From: Patescibacteria group bacterium
Lineage (GTDB): Bacteria > Patescibacteriota > Microgenomatia > UBA1400 > PJMF01
DNA: 64,000 nt
Reading direction: 5' to 3'
Assembly: GCA_052035325.1 (NCBI GenBank)
Contig: JBPOHR010000011.1
Span: forward strand, 8,131 to 72,130
Part shown: one piece after another, positions 37,482 through 47,455 of the stretch
How positions within the stretch are numbered: the stretch's first letter is position 1
Layout: each line of letters starts with the position of its first letter
Notes under the pieces: generated by a model
Databases searched by the model: none
Told to the model about the DNA's origin: nothing
Seen by the model: the letters and a program-made list of their open reading frames with translations, nothing else
Made by a program: the position numbers and the translations under genes

Positions 37482-40202
37482 ATGGTGGAAATACTAGACC
37501 GCGCCCGCGGTAAGATTAAATACTACTGGTGGAAAGTCCGAACCGAGATGGCTAGAAGACGGTTAGCGTATCAACGTTTGTCAGTGATGGAAAAACGCCT
37601 GATGTGGATCAAGTGGCTCAGAATTGCCGGAATTGGTCTGTTGGCCTTGGTAGTACTGGGAATTGTGACCTTTTTCATGATGTGGTTGTATTTCTCCCGA
37701 GAACTGCCAAAACCTGGAGAAATTGTTCGACGAGATGGGTTTAGTACTCGGCTTTATGATCGCAATGGGCAGTTTCTCTATGATTTATTTGACGAACAAC
37801 GTCGTGTCCAGGTTCGCATTGATCAAGTTCCAGATGATTTGAAAAAAGCCACGGTGGCTGTAGAGGACAAAGATTTCTACAAACATGGTGGCTTTGACAT
37901 GATGACTATCATCAGAATCCCGTATAACGCAATCGTTCGGCAACGGGTAGTGGGCGGTTCGACACTAACCCAACAATTAGTTAAAACTGTCTTTTTGACC
38001 AACGAGCGAAGTGTTATCCGCAAGGCAAAAGAGCTTATATTGTCGCTCCAGATAGAGCGAACCTTTACCAAGGATCAGATTCTGGAAATGTATCTCAATG
38101 AGGTGCCGTACGGAGGCACTGCTGCTGGTGTAGGTGCAGCAGCTGAAGTGTATTTCAATAAGCCCGTGTCGCAACTGAGTTTGGTAGAGTCAGCAATCCT
38201 AGCTGGTTTGCCTCAACGGCCATCGGCGTACTCTCCGTATGCGGGCAAGACCGATGAAAATGGTGATCCTCTCTGGAAAGTTCGGGCTCGTGGAGTGTTG
38301 CGTCGGATGCAGGAAGATGGCTATGTCACTGATTTGGCGTACGAAGATGCACTTGCCCAACTTGACACTGTTCAGTTTCAGCGAGGTGCAGGAAATATCA
38401 ATGCCCCTCACTTTGTCTTTTATGTCCAGCAGAAGTTGGCAGAAATTGTCGGTGAGGAAGCAGTCCAGCGTGGTGGTCTAAAAGTCACTACGACGCTAGA
38501 TCTCGAACTGCAAAATCAAGCTCAAGAAATCGTTAAAGAAGAAATTGAAAAAGTGAAAACATTTAATATCACCAATGGCGCGGCAATGGTGACAGATCCA
38601 AGGACGGGTGAAATCATCAGCATGATCGGCAGTAAGGACTATTTTGCCGAGGATATTGATGGCCAGTACAATGTGGCGGTCGATGCACTCCGTCAACCTG
38701 GTTCATCGATCAAGCCTGTTACCTACTTGGCCATGTTCCAGCGAGGCTACACGCCCGCTAGCATTTTGATGGATGTGGAAACGACGTTCCAAGGGACAAC
38801 TGCGGAGAAACCATACAATCCTAAAAACTACGATGGTAAGTTCCATGGGCCAGTGACGTTGCGCAACAGTCTAGGTAGTTCACTCAACATTCCTGCTGTT
38901 AAGTCGATGGGCATTGTTGGCTTGCCAAACTTCTTGACGTTGGCGTATGATCTTGGTTTCCCCACGTTTGAGCCAAATGAAACAAATCTGAAACGGTTTG
39001 GGTTAGCACTGACTTTAGGTGGTGGTGAAGTGCACATGATCGATACGGTGACGGCCTACAGTGCCTTTGCCAATGGTGGATATAAAGTTGAGCCAACGTC
39101 AATTTTGAAAATTGAAGATAAAGACAGCAATGTGATTTTTGAGCATCATGCCGTTCAAGGTCGACAGGTGATTAAACCAGAAGAAGCTTTTTTGATTAAC
39201 TCTATCTTGTCAGATAATACCGCTCGGTTGATGGCATTTGGAGCGAATTCACTCCTAAATACCAAAAAACCAATTGCGGTAAAGACGGGAACTACCAACG
39301 AGCAAAAAGATAACTGGGCTGTCGGTTGGAGTCGCGAAGTGATGGTGGCTGCTTGGGTAGGAAATAATGATAATTCCTCGATGACCAAAGTGGCATCAGG
39401 TATCACAGGGGCTTCTCCGATTTGGCGCCGCATTATTGATGCAGCACTAGCCAAAGGATACAAAGCTCCTGAATGGGAAGTTCCGGCCGGTGTAGAAAAA
39501 GTAAAATTGGATACGGCTTCGGGGTATCCCGAACATGACGGCTTTCCGAGTGCTGAAGAATGGGTGATTAAGGAACTTGCCCCCACTCTTCCAGACCCAA
39601 TTCACACTAAATTAAAGCTCTGTCGAGGTGAAAATAAATTAGCTAATGAGTCGCGAATTGGTGCAGGTGATTACGATGAAAAAGAGTTTGTGGTATATCG
39701 TGAAGATGATCCTGTCAGCAAAGATGGGGTTAATCGCTGGCAACAAGCAATTGATGCTTGGATTAATGCCCAGACTGATGGTAAATATAAGCCACCGACG
39801 GAATATTGTGGCAGTGATAGTGATGTGGCAGTGACGTTGCGTCAACCAGAAAATGAAAAGAGATACGACGGTGAAAGTATCAACGTGGAAATTGAGGCTG
39901 CATCAGGCGACGGAATTGAAAAAATTGAACTGTGGGTCGACGGTAGTCTGCGCGAGACAATCAACGATCGTCAGTATCGTGGTACGTTGAATCTAGGTGC
40001 AGGTCAACACGAAGTATATGCTCGTGCAAGATCACGAGGTGGCAAAGAGGCACAAAGCAATGTGGCACGAATCGGTACTGGTGGCCAAGACTGGAAAAAG
40101 CCGGATCCATCGCCTATCCCTACTCCTTCACCAACTCCTCAGCCTACCCCAAGTCCAACTCCGGTGGCATCTCCGAGTTTTACTCCGTCACCGAGTCCTT
40201 GA
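37482..40202 (+). CDS. Class A penicillin-binding protein with an Ig-like domain and Pro/Ser/Thr tail
   Basis: EDKDFYKH, GGSTLTQQL, RKAKE, YLN; SSIK, SLN, KTGT. Confidence 0.95.
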   Translation: MVEILDRARGKIKYYWWKVRTEMARRRLAYQRLSVMEKRLMWIKWLRIAGIGLLALVVLGIVTFFMMWLYFSRELPKPGEIVRRDGFSTRLYDRNGQFLYDLFDEQRRVQVRIDQVPDDLKKATVAVEDKDFYKHGGFDMMTIIRIPYNAIVRQRVVGGSTLTQQLVKTVFLTNERSVIRKAKELILSLQIERTFTKDQILEMYLNEVPYGGTAAGVGAAAEVYFNKPVSQLSLVESAILAGLPQRPSAYSPYAGKTDENGDPLWKVRARGVLRRMQEDGYVTDLAYEDALAQLDTVQFQRGAGNINAPHFVFYVQQKLAEIVGEEAVQRGGLKVTTTLDLELQNQAQEIVKEEIEKVKTFNITNGAAMVTDPRTGEIISMIGSKDYFAEDIDGQYNVAVDALRQPGSSIKPVTYLAMFQRGYTPASILMDVETTFQGTTAEKPYNPKNYDGKFHGPVTLRNSLGSSLNIPAVKSMGIVGLPNFLTLAYDLGFPTFEPNETNLKRFGLALTLGGGEVHMIDTVTAYSAFANGGYKVEPTSILKIEDKDSNVIFEHHAVQGRQVIKPEEAFLINSILSDNTARLMAFGANSLLNTKKPIAVKTGTTNEQKDNWAVGWSREVMVAAWVGNNDNSSMTKVASGITGASPIWRRIIDAALAKGYKAPEWEVPAGVEKVKLDTASGYPEHDGFPSAEEWVIKELAPTLPDPIHTKLKLCRGENKLANESRIGAGDYDEKEFVVYREDDPVSKDGVNRWQQAIDAWINAQTDGKYKPPTEYCGSDSDVAVTLRQPENEKRYDGESINVEIEAASGDGIEKIELWVDGSLRETINDRQYRGTLNLGAGQHEVYARARSRGGKEAQSNVARIGTGGQDWKKPDPSPIPTPSPTPQPTPSPTPVASPSFTPSPSP

Positions 40203-41436
40203 TATTTGCCTCCTGTTCCAATGTTAAGAAGCACATCACATAGGCAGCGATAAAAACAACTCCTTGGTTGAGGGTTATTGCGTAGTGATCCCAGGACAGA
40301 ATGGGAGAAATGAGTGCAACGGGTGTTAGTACTTGGAGCAGCGTGCCCTCTTTTTTTAATACATATAGTCCAGCAGCACCAATTGCTATTCCTACCCATC
40401 CAGTCTCTACCAGCCACACAAGAACAACATGGTGTGGCGGCTGTGCAAAACGACTCAATTCCGGTGATGATGTTTGAGCGGCAGCCAGACGAGCACTCTG
40501 ACCTAGACCGGTCATTGAGAAGGGATTTGAGATGAAGTATTGGAGGCTTACCCTTTGGAGCTCTTGTCGCCGAAAGACTGATATATGTTGAGATGGGGGT
40601 GGTACTAGTGCTAGTAGCAGTGGTGTGAGCACTAACGTGCATAATGCTGTAGCCACTAACCAGTTTGTATATTTTTTGGGAATCAAAAAGTACAGCACGA
40701 GCACTGCCAAGCTTGCTGCTGCGCTTGCAGAGACAGTGATAAGTACGGTTATGGCTGTGACACTTAGGCCTACGCCCCACCACCAACGAGTGAGTTTGTT
40801 TTTCTTTAGGCTGGTCACGATGGATGCACCAATTCCCCAGTATCCAACAATTAGGCCAGCTAGAACATTGGGATGCGGGGTCGTCCCGTATGCAAGAAGC
40901 AGTGATCTGCCATTCCAGACAGTTGTAGCTAAACCAAATGGTTGTGGTAACAATGGTTCGCCAAACAGTTGGTAGCCCGCCAATGAGTGCTGAGTCACGA
41001 ATTGGTACACACCAAGAGCTGTTTGTGTCACCATGGTGGTGGCAAGTGCTGCCAATATCCAGTGCCATTTGATAGTAGCTCTTTTTTGGAAAACCCACCA
41101 GAAAAAAGTTCCCAACACCCCAAATCTGATTAACCAAGACAAAGCAATCCATGGGAATGGTGTCAATAGCTGTGTGCAGATCCCAATCAGTACCAATGTG
41201 CCGATGAGAAAATACTGCCAAGGCAATCTAAGATGAACCACTTTCTTTAAGTGAAGTGTTGCCCATACGATCAGTACAATGTCACTGGTATACAGTTTTA
41301 TAACTAAATAATCCAAGAATAAACCACTGGCATACGCATGCTCAACACCAAACTTCACAAACCAATTCCAAGGAGCGACAAGGAATAGCAGAGTCAACCA
41401 AAGTGTTGGTGACGATATGTTATTTTTGCAATTCAC
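40180..41436 (-). CDS. O-antigen-ligase/oligosaccharyltransferase-like membrane protein
   Basis: Many TM segments, AYGTTPHPNVLAG, PHHVVL..LVETG; probable GTG start at 41436. Confidence 0.75.
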   Translation of the reverse strand: MNCKNNISSPTLWLTLLFLVAPWNWFVKFGVEHAYASGLFLDYLVIKLYTSDIVLIVWATLHLKKVVHLRLPWQYFLIGTLVLIGICTQLLTPFPWIALSWLIRFGVLGTFFWWVFQKRATIKWHWILAALATTMVTQTALGVYQFVTQHSLAGYQLFGEPLLPQPFGLATTVWNGRSLLLAYGTTPHPNVLAGLIVGYWGIGASIVTSLKKNKLTRWWWGVGLSVTAITVLITVSASAAASLAVLVLYFLIPKKYTNWLVATALCTLVLTPLLLALVPPPSQHISVFRRQELQRVSLQYFISNPFSMTGLGQSARLAAAQTSSPELSRFAQPPHHVVLVWLVETGWVGIAIGAAGLYVLKKEGTLLQVLTPVALISPILSWDHYAITLNQGVVFIAAYVMCFLTLEQEANIKDSVTE

Positions 41437-43426
41437 CAACCAGTGCGACGCCTTCGTTAACCAAGCGTTCCACCAGCTGTCGGCGGATAGGTGTGACATC
41501 TTCTCCAGTGATATTTTCGTGCATGTTCTGGTAGTAGACAGTAAAGGTGAAGTTGCGTCCGTAGACATCCTTTAATTCAACATGTGTGATTAAAGGTGAG
41601 AAGGTTTTCATCTTCTCTAAAATCTCACCCACTGGCATGTCAACAGGAATGGCTAACGTTAAATCTTCGATAATCGGCATTGTTGTCGGAATTGGTTGAT
41701 AGTGTGGATGGCGTTGAGTTAGCGCAAGGACAGCTGACCATTCCAAATCAATGACGTTTTGGTTATTGCGTGTCCCAATCTTTCCAAGACGTACAGGTTG
41801 GCCGTCATTTGCACATGCGGAGATTGTAGCAACCTGATCCCAGCCGGTTGCACTGTCAATAGGATTGATTAAAACGTTATCAATAAACAGCTTTTCCAAC
41901 AAAAGTTCAAGCACACCACGCACATCACGATATGCTTGCTGTGAGACCAGCGTGAGGTGGAGTTCATGGTGTGGTACGTCGTGTTCTTGAGGATGATAGA
42001 CGTTGGCGATCTCGAAGACACTGGCTGGTTTTGGGGTACTTGTCATGCTGACAACCTCGATCAGTGATGGCACTAAGGATCTTCGTAAATAGATGTGGTC
42101 ATCGGTGAGCGGATTTTGTAGTTTAAGGTGATCAACTGCTTGCCAACCACTTTCGAGCGCTACAGCTTCTGAAACAAGTGAGTACGTATACAACTCTTGC
42201 CAGCCGAGATGTGCGAGAAATTGCTTCACTTTATTTTCTAAAGAAAAATCAACATCGCTTGGATAGTCGAGTGGAATACGGGTTGGCATCACTTCACTGG
42301 GAAGCCGATGGTAGCCATAGATACGAGCAATTTCTTCAATGACATCAGCAGAAATCTCCAGGTCAGGTCTGAAACTGGGTGGTGTTATAAGTAACGTGTC
42401 CCCTTTATCTTCCACAGTGCACTCTAGAGCTGACAGTATTTCGATTATTTCTGAGGTAGGTAGTGTCAAACCGAGGTAGCGTTCGACATCACTGAGCGGG
42501 AAGGTAATAGCCTGGGGTGGAAGACTATTGGGGAAGTCATCATGTACAGCACTGGCCAGCTGCGCTCCACACAGTTCGTGATACAGATTCGTCGCCGCTG
42601 CGAAGACAGGCTCTGCTGCATGAGGATCAACTTTTTTCTCATTGAGTTGAGCGGCAACCGTACGAATAGCATGGCTCATTGATGCCTGACGTACTTTTTT
42701 TGCGTCAATTGTTTCAATCCAAAACAATACGTTTTTCGTACTTTCATTAACAGAAGTGTTCAGAGTGCCTTTGATGGCAGGCAAATCAATGATTTCACCG
42801 CTGGGGTTTTTGAAAACAACTTCTCCACCTTTTGTTTCATACTGAACTCCATCAAGTGTGGTGAATTTTTCACCGACGCCTGCTTCGGTTATATTTATTT
42901 CACCACCAAGCGACATAATTTTGTCATAATCAAAGGCGTGGCACGGATGACCGAGGTCATGTGTGACGTAATTGGTAATGTCAATGACACTATCATGGAC
43001 ATTTAACTCAACTTGCCGCAGTCTTTTGGCCATCCAGTCTGGGGTGGCAGTGCGCTCGATATTTGAAAGAATACTACACAATGTGCGTGAGCACAGTGAC
43101 GGGTTGCTATGAACAATGGGCAGAGGTAGTTCACTATGAGCAGCTGCTGATGAGACTAGTTCTTGGAAACTGTGTTTCAAGGGTTTGAGTCGAGAAGGAA
43201 AGCCAGCTTTGGTGAGAATAATTGCTGCTTCTCGGGCAACACCACGCACTGACATTGAATCAACACGATTAGTAGTGATTTCAATGTCATACACGCTGTC
43301 ACCTTCACGATCATAGATTCGTTCTATGGAAGGTCCGCAGAGCGATACTTCGCGTTGCAGCTCTTCAGGCGTTGCAGTGGTTTCAAGATGTTCTAGAAGC
43401 CAGGAATGTGGGATAAGAATGTTCAT
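41420..43426 (-). CDS. pheT: Phenylalanine--tRNA ligase beta subunit, shortened
   Basis: MNILIPHSWL, EITTNRVD, DITNYV, PSFRPDL, EEIARIYGY, LRRSL. Confidence 0.95.
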   Translation of the reverse strand: MNILIPHSWLLEHLETTATPEELQREVSLCGPSIERIYDREGDSVYDIEITTNRVDSMSVRGVAREAAIILTKAGFPSRLKPLKHSFQELVSSAAAHSELPLPIVHSNPSLCSRTLCSILSNIERTATPDWMAKRLRQVELNVHDSVIDITNYVTHDLGHPCHAFDYDKIMSLGGEINITEAGVGEKFTTLDGVQYETKGGEVVFKNPSGEIIDLPAIKGTLNTSVNESTKNVLFWIETIDAKKVRQASMSHAIRTVAAQLNEKKVDPHAAEPVFAAATNLYHELCGAQLASAVHDDFPNSLPPQAITFPLSDVERYLGLTLPTSEIIEILSALECTVEDKGDTLLITPPSFRPDLEISADVIEEIARIYGYHRLPSEVMPTRIPLDYPSDVDFSLENKVKQFLAHLGWQELYTYSLVSEAVALESGWQAVDHLKLQNPLTDDHIYLRRSLVPSLIEVVSMTSTPKPASVFEIANVYHPQEHDVPHHELHLTLVSQQAYRDVRGVLELLLEKLFIDNVLINPIDSATGWDQVATISACANDGQPVRLGKIGTRNNQNVIDLEWSAVLALTQRHPHYQPIPTTMPIIEDLTLAIPVDMPVGEILEKMKTFSPLITHVELKDVYGRNFTFTVYYQNMHENITGEDVTPIRRQLVERLVNEGVALVGELQK

Positions 43427-43433
43427 ATATGCC

Positions 43434-44519
43434 TTAGAATTGTTCCAAGAAACGATAATCGCCGCTGTATAGCAAGCGAATATCGTCGATATTGAGACCT
43501 GGTTTGAGGGTATAAGTGCGCTCCACTCCCCAACCGAAAGCAAAGCCGGTGTACTCCGATGGGTCAATGCCGCCCGCTGTTAGTACGTTTGGATGTACCA
43601 TTCCGGCACCACCGACTTCGTGCCAGCCAGACTTACAAAACTTGCATTTTTCGTTATTTTCTAGTGTGCCAGTTCCATGGCAGAGATGGCAACTAAAATC
43701 TACTTCAAATGAAGGTTCAGTGAATTGAAAGTGAAAAGGCCTGATGCGACTTTTTGTTCCTTCACCGTAAAACTCTCGAGCGAAATAATCGAGCGTCCCT
43801 TTCAAGTGTTGAATGGTGATGCCTTTATCGACTACCAGACCTTCAAATTGATGGAACATCTGGGTATGAGTGGCATCTTGCTGACGGCGATAACAACGAG
43901 CAATATTGATCATGCGAATCGGAGGTTTGCTTTGATGTCGCTCCATTTCGCGAACTTGTCCATTTGACGTATGGGGTGTGAGTACCATCTTGCCACCACC
44001 AACTAGACTTGGGTGCCGGGCGCGTGGATTGGCTGGATCATATTCAACGAAACGACTTTCATCAGGTACATCAACAAAAAAAGTTTCCCACTCATCTCGT
44101 GCTGGATGATCTGGCGGCATATTCAGTGATTCGAATGGGTACCAGTCCCAATCAACTTCTGGGTAGCGCACTCTGGTGAAGCCGATTCGCTCAAAAATAT
44201 GGGTAATTTCCTCCATAGCTTGTGAAACGGGATGTACATGGCCGATGCGTGGTTTCCGACCAGGTAGGGTGAGATCAATTTGAGTTGAGCTTTGGATTTT
44301 GGTTGAAGCAAGCTGCTGTTCGAGTTCGATTTTCAGATCGTTGAGGAGCTGACCTGCTTCTTTTCGGTTTTCTGGAGCGATATCTTTGATGTTTTTTGCT
44401 AGTTCATTGAACAGGCCTTTTTTTCCAAGATATTTGGTGTAGAGATCTGCAGCTCCGATTTGCAGATCTGTATTGAGTTGAGTGCGTATAGTTTGAATAG
44501 CGGTGTCTAAACTGTTCAT
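43434..44519 (-). CDS. pheS: Phenylalanine--tRNA ligase alpha subunit
   Basis: HPARD, FHQFEGL, FQFTEPS, GMVHPNVL, GFAFGWGVER; CxxC...CxxC insert. Confidence 0.97.
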   Translation of the reverse strand: MNSLDTAIQTIRTQLNTDLQIGAADLYTKYLGKKGLFNELAKNIKDIAPENRKEAGQLLNDLKIELEQQLASTKIQSSTQIDLTLPGRKPRIGHVHPVSQAMEEITHIFERIGFTRVRYPEVDWDWYPFESLNMPPDHPARDEWETFFVDVPDESRFVEYDPANPRARHPSLVGGGKMVLTPHTSNGQVREMERHQSKPPIRMINIARCYRRQQDATHTQMFHQFEGLVVDKGITIQHLKGTLDYFAREFYGEGTKSRIRPFHFQFTEPSFEVDFSCHLCHGTGTLENNEKCKFCKSGWHEVGGAGMVHPNVLTAGGIDPSEYTGFAFGWGVERTYTLKPGLNIDDIRLLYSGDYRFLEQF

Positions 44520-44618
44520 GTTTTCCTCTTGATGTATGTAGTGTACTGTATTTGCCTGGTTTTGGCAGTAATTAGTCCGGTTGGTTTGTTGCTGCACATT
44601 GCCGGTGTTATGTGCAAT

Positions 44619-44644
44619 AAAAAACCCCGCGGGTGCGGGGTTTT
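44619..44644 (-). terminator. Intrinsic terminator after rplT
   Basis: AAAAAACCCCGC-GGGT-GCGGGGTTTT, with a U-tract on the minus strand. Confidence 0.85.
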
Positions 44645-44664
44645 CGAGTTTCTAAGGAACGTCC

Positions 44665-45018
44665 TTAGCCCTGCACCTTTTCGATGATGGCCTTAAACGT
44701 GCTAAAGTCTGTCACAGCAAGATCAGCGAGCACTTTGCGGTTGAGGGTAACTTGAGCCTTCTTCATGGCATTGATGACGCGTGAGTACTGTAACTTTTCG
44801 TCAATTTGACTCAAAGCAGCACTGATACGGACAATCCAGAGTGAGCGGAAGTCGCGTTTGCGTAAACGGCGGCCTTCATAAGCATATTGACCAGCGTGAA
44901 GGAGAGCTTCATGGGCGCGTTTGTAGAGACGATTATTTGCGCCACGGAAACCTTTGGTGAGACTAAGGACTTTTTTGTGGCGGCGGCGGCGGACAATGCC
45001 GGTTTTAGCACGTGACAT
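44665..45018 (-). CDS. rplT: 50S ribosomal protein L20
   Basis: RRRRHKKVL, KRDFRSLWIVRI, LNRKVLADLA. Confidence 0.97.
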   Translation of the reverse strand: MSRAKTGIVRRRRHKKVLSLTKGFRGANNRLYKRAHEALLHAGQYAYEGRRLRKRDFRSLWIVRISAALSQIDEKLQYSRVINAMKKAQVTLNRKVLADLAVTDFSTFKAIIEKVQG

Positions 45019-45032
45019 AGGTATCTTTCAAA

Positions 45033-45236
45033 TTACGCTAGACCAAGCATGCGCTTGATACGGCGAGCAAATTTTCCTGTTACTAAGTGTGGTACGCGAG
45101 AAGCGCGGATTGCTTTTTTACTCTTGTGACGGCGCAAGTGACGCATGTTTTGGGTGCGACGCAAGACTTTGCCGGTAGCGGTAACTTTAAAACGCTTTGC
45201 AGCGCCTTTACGAGTTTTTTGTTTGTAGCTTTTCAC
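45033..45236 (-). CDS. rpmI: 50S ribosomal protein L35
   Basis: KTRKGAAKRFKVTATGK. Confidence 0.95.
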   Translation of the reverse strand: MKSYKQKTRKGAAKRFKVTATGKVLRRTQNMRHLRRHKSKKAIRASRVPHLVTGKFARRIKRMLGLA

Positions 45237-45255
45237 AAGTATCCTCTACTCAGTA

Positions 45256-45828
45256 TTACGTTGTTGATGCTGCGGTTGCAGCAGGTCGTTTCTTGGTTGG
45301 CATGAGCTGGGCCATGACCTTTTTGCCTAGCATTTGCGGCTGGATCTCGATTGTAGCGATCTCAGCTGTTTCTGCAAACACACGTTTAAACACTTCATCA
45401 CCAAATTCTTTTTTGGTAATTAAGCGACCGCGGAACTCCATCGAGATGCGAACTTTGTCACCGTCTTCGAGAAAGTCAGTGATTTTGCGCAAGCGAGTTT
45501 GGAAATCTCCTTCGGCCATAAATGGCGTCAGACGAACTTCTTTTGTCTCTTGGCTGCGAGCTTTTTTACGGCTCTCCGCTTCTTTTTGTTGGAGTTGGTA
45601 CTTAAACTTGGCCAACTCAATGATTTTAACGATAGGAGGAGTCGATTTCTCAGTGACTAAAACAAGATCCTTACCTTCTGCTTGTGCATGCGTCATCGCC
45701 TCTGGCACAGACATGATGCCAATCATATCTCCGCGTTCGGCAAGCACTCTGACTTGCGGGAAGCGAATCTGATGATTCGACTTCACGAAGATTTTTGGTT
45801 GTCGCTTGGTAGGTCGCTTTCTAATCAC
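45256..45828 (-). CDS. infC: Translation initiation factor IF-3
   Basis: NHQIR..QVR, DLV, PPIVKI, KFKY, GDKVRI..FRGR; start GTG 45828 or ATT 45825. Confidence 0.95.
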   Translation of the reverse strand: MIRKRPTKRQPKIFVKSNHQIRFPQVRVLAERGDMIGIMSVPEAMTHAQAEGKDLVLVTEKSTPPIVKIIELAKFKYQLQQKEAESRKKARSQETKEVRLTPFMAEGDFQTRLRKITDFLEDGDKVRISMEFRGRLITKKEFGDEVFKRVFAETAEIATIEIQPQMLGKKVMAQLMPTKKRPAATAASTT

Positions 45829-45894
45829 GTAAGTATGTCGTTCCTCGACAGGTGGCTATTATAGCATGAGGTCTTGTTGTATACTATCAGTTCT

Positions 45895-45968
45895 GAACTC
45901 GTAGCTCAGTTGGTTAGAGCGCTTCATTGACATTGAAGAGGTCAGAGGTTCGAATCCTCTCGAGTTCA
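45895..45968 (+). tRNA. tRNA-Val(GAC), CCA not encoded
   Basis: Acceptor GAACTCG/CGAGTTC, anticodon loop TTGACAT, T-loop TTCGAAT. Confidence 0.95.
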
Positions 45969-45988
45969 CAAGATAGTGAAAACAGTAC

Positions 45989-47392
45989 TTAATTAGCCTG
46001 CTTAGTAATTTTGGCTAGCAATTCTTTTGCCACCTGTGCAGCTCCCTTGATGACTTCTCGTCGAGAAGGGTAGGTATCTGTGCTGGGGTCTTGTAGTACT
46101 GCACCCAGCAACGCAACCACCGCTGTTATGCGTGCCAACGTACGCATCAACAAGGTATACTGCTGATCTTGTCTGCGGTATTCATTTATCCACAAAGTGA
46201 ACAGCCTCTCAAAAGCCTCGACAGTCCTGTCATCTTCATATCCTCCGCAAGAGCTAACCAAATGATATATGCTTTCGCCAAGTTCAAAATCGTGTTGTTG
46301 TTTGTACGTATCGTTAGTGTTAGCGGTAGGTTTACTATCTGATGCAAATAGACTATCTGTTATCGGTGACAGACGTTCGAACACTTCTTGAACATATGTT
46401 TCACTACCATCATCGGGAGCCTGGAGTAACATCAGTTTCATAACCTGCAAGGCTACATCACGAACTCTCATGTTAAACACAGCAGTTTCTCCCTCTCTGT
46501 ATTTCTGGCAGATAGGAATAGCCATACGTAGTTGCCCAATAACGTAGTCGATTCTACTGGGTTGACTTTGATAATCTAGTTCTTTGCTAAGTCTGCGCAA
46601 AAACCTTTCGCCACTAGACAGTAATTCCGGATTGTTTTCTATTGCCTGCCAAAACGGCAGTGATCCTTCATATTCTCTTCTAATGTGGGAGTCAGCATCA
46701 GCAGATGTTAATCTTATAGCGGTGGCTTCTTTTTCACGATCCCATCGCTTACCGCCTGTATGAGGCCTTGCTTGTTTGACTGGCTGATGAGAAATTGGTT
46801 CTGGAGTGGATGGAAAATCTTGTCCTTTGTGTGCGATTGGTTGGTGCACATACCCAGGATGTGGTTCAAAAGCAACAAACCGCAGTTTGCCGATACATCG
46901 CTCTTTTGGTTCTACGAGTTGAAAAGTGAAGACCCAAGCACCAGAGGGCGAGTCTACATCTATCTCTACAGTTGGTTCCGTTGGGCTCATGTAGATTGTT
47001 TCACCCAATACGCCAGCACTTAGTGCTGGAAAATGTCGTGTCACCTCAAAGCCATACAATACATAGCCCGATTGCTGCTCCCTCTTGTAGCCCTTACCGA
47101 GGTCTTCAGGGTCAATGGGTACTGGGAACCGCACTATTCGCATCTTTGGAAGCAGTTGGGCTTCTAATATACGCGGAGATAAAAGTTCTTCAAATTTTTC
47201 TAAACTGATTGGTTGAGGTGTTGCAGTTTCTACGACCATTATTTGGTCGGGTGCTTGTATCGCAGCCCTGGTATTACTCTGAGTTTCTACTTTTGTTCTT
47301 ATACCAAATAGGGCGGAAAAAAGTCTTCCAAGATCGCTATTTGGAATGAGCTGTTCTCTTCTTTGTTTGGCAGGGGTATCTTCAATCGACAT
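45989..47392 (-). CDS. Hypothetical protein
   Basis: 467-aa ORF with no recognised motif. Confidence 0.75.
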   Translation of the reverse strand: MSIEDTPAKQRREQLIPNSDLGRLFSALFGIRTKVETQSNTRAAIQAPDQIMVVETATPQPISLEKFEELLSPRILEAQLLPKMRIVRFPVPIDPEDLGKGYKREQQSGYVLYGFEVTRHFPALSAGVLGETIYMSPTEPTVEIDVDSPSGAWVFTFQLVEPKERCIGKLRFVAFEPHPGYVHQPIAHKGQDFPSTPEPISHQPVKQARPHTGGKRWDREKEATAIRLTSADADSHIRREYEGSLPFWQAIENNPELLSSGERFLRRLSKELDYQSQPSRIDYVIGQLRMAIPICQKYREGETAVFNMRVRDVALQVMKLMLLQAPDDGSETYVQEVFERLSPITDSLFASDSKPTANTNDTYKQQHDFELGESIYHLVSSCGGYEDDRTVEAFERLFTLWINEYRRQDQQYTLLMRTLARITAVVALLGAVLQDPSTDTYPSRREVIKGAAQVAKELLAKITKQAN

Positions 47393-47455
47393 GCCCGCAA
47401 TAATACACCAAAACCAAGCAATAGTACATCAAAAAGTAACGTAGACTGTCAATCG

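Noticed and set aside
40105-40200. Pro/Ser/Thr repeat at the end of the PBP as a DNA repeat element
   Set aside because: It is a low-complexity protein tail with varied codons.
40139-41221. 360-aa alternative-frame ORF
   Set aside because: It overlaps the O-antigen-ligase-like gene on the same strand and has no recognisable motifs.
44520-44618. T-box riboswitch upstream of pheS
   Set aside because: Only small hairpins are present; there is no T-box consensus and the region is too short.
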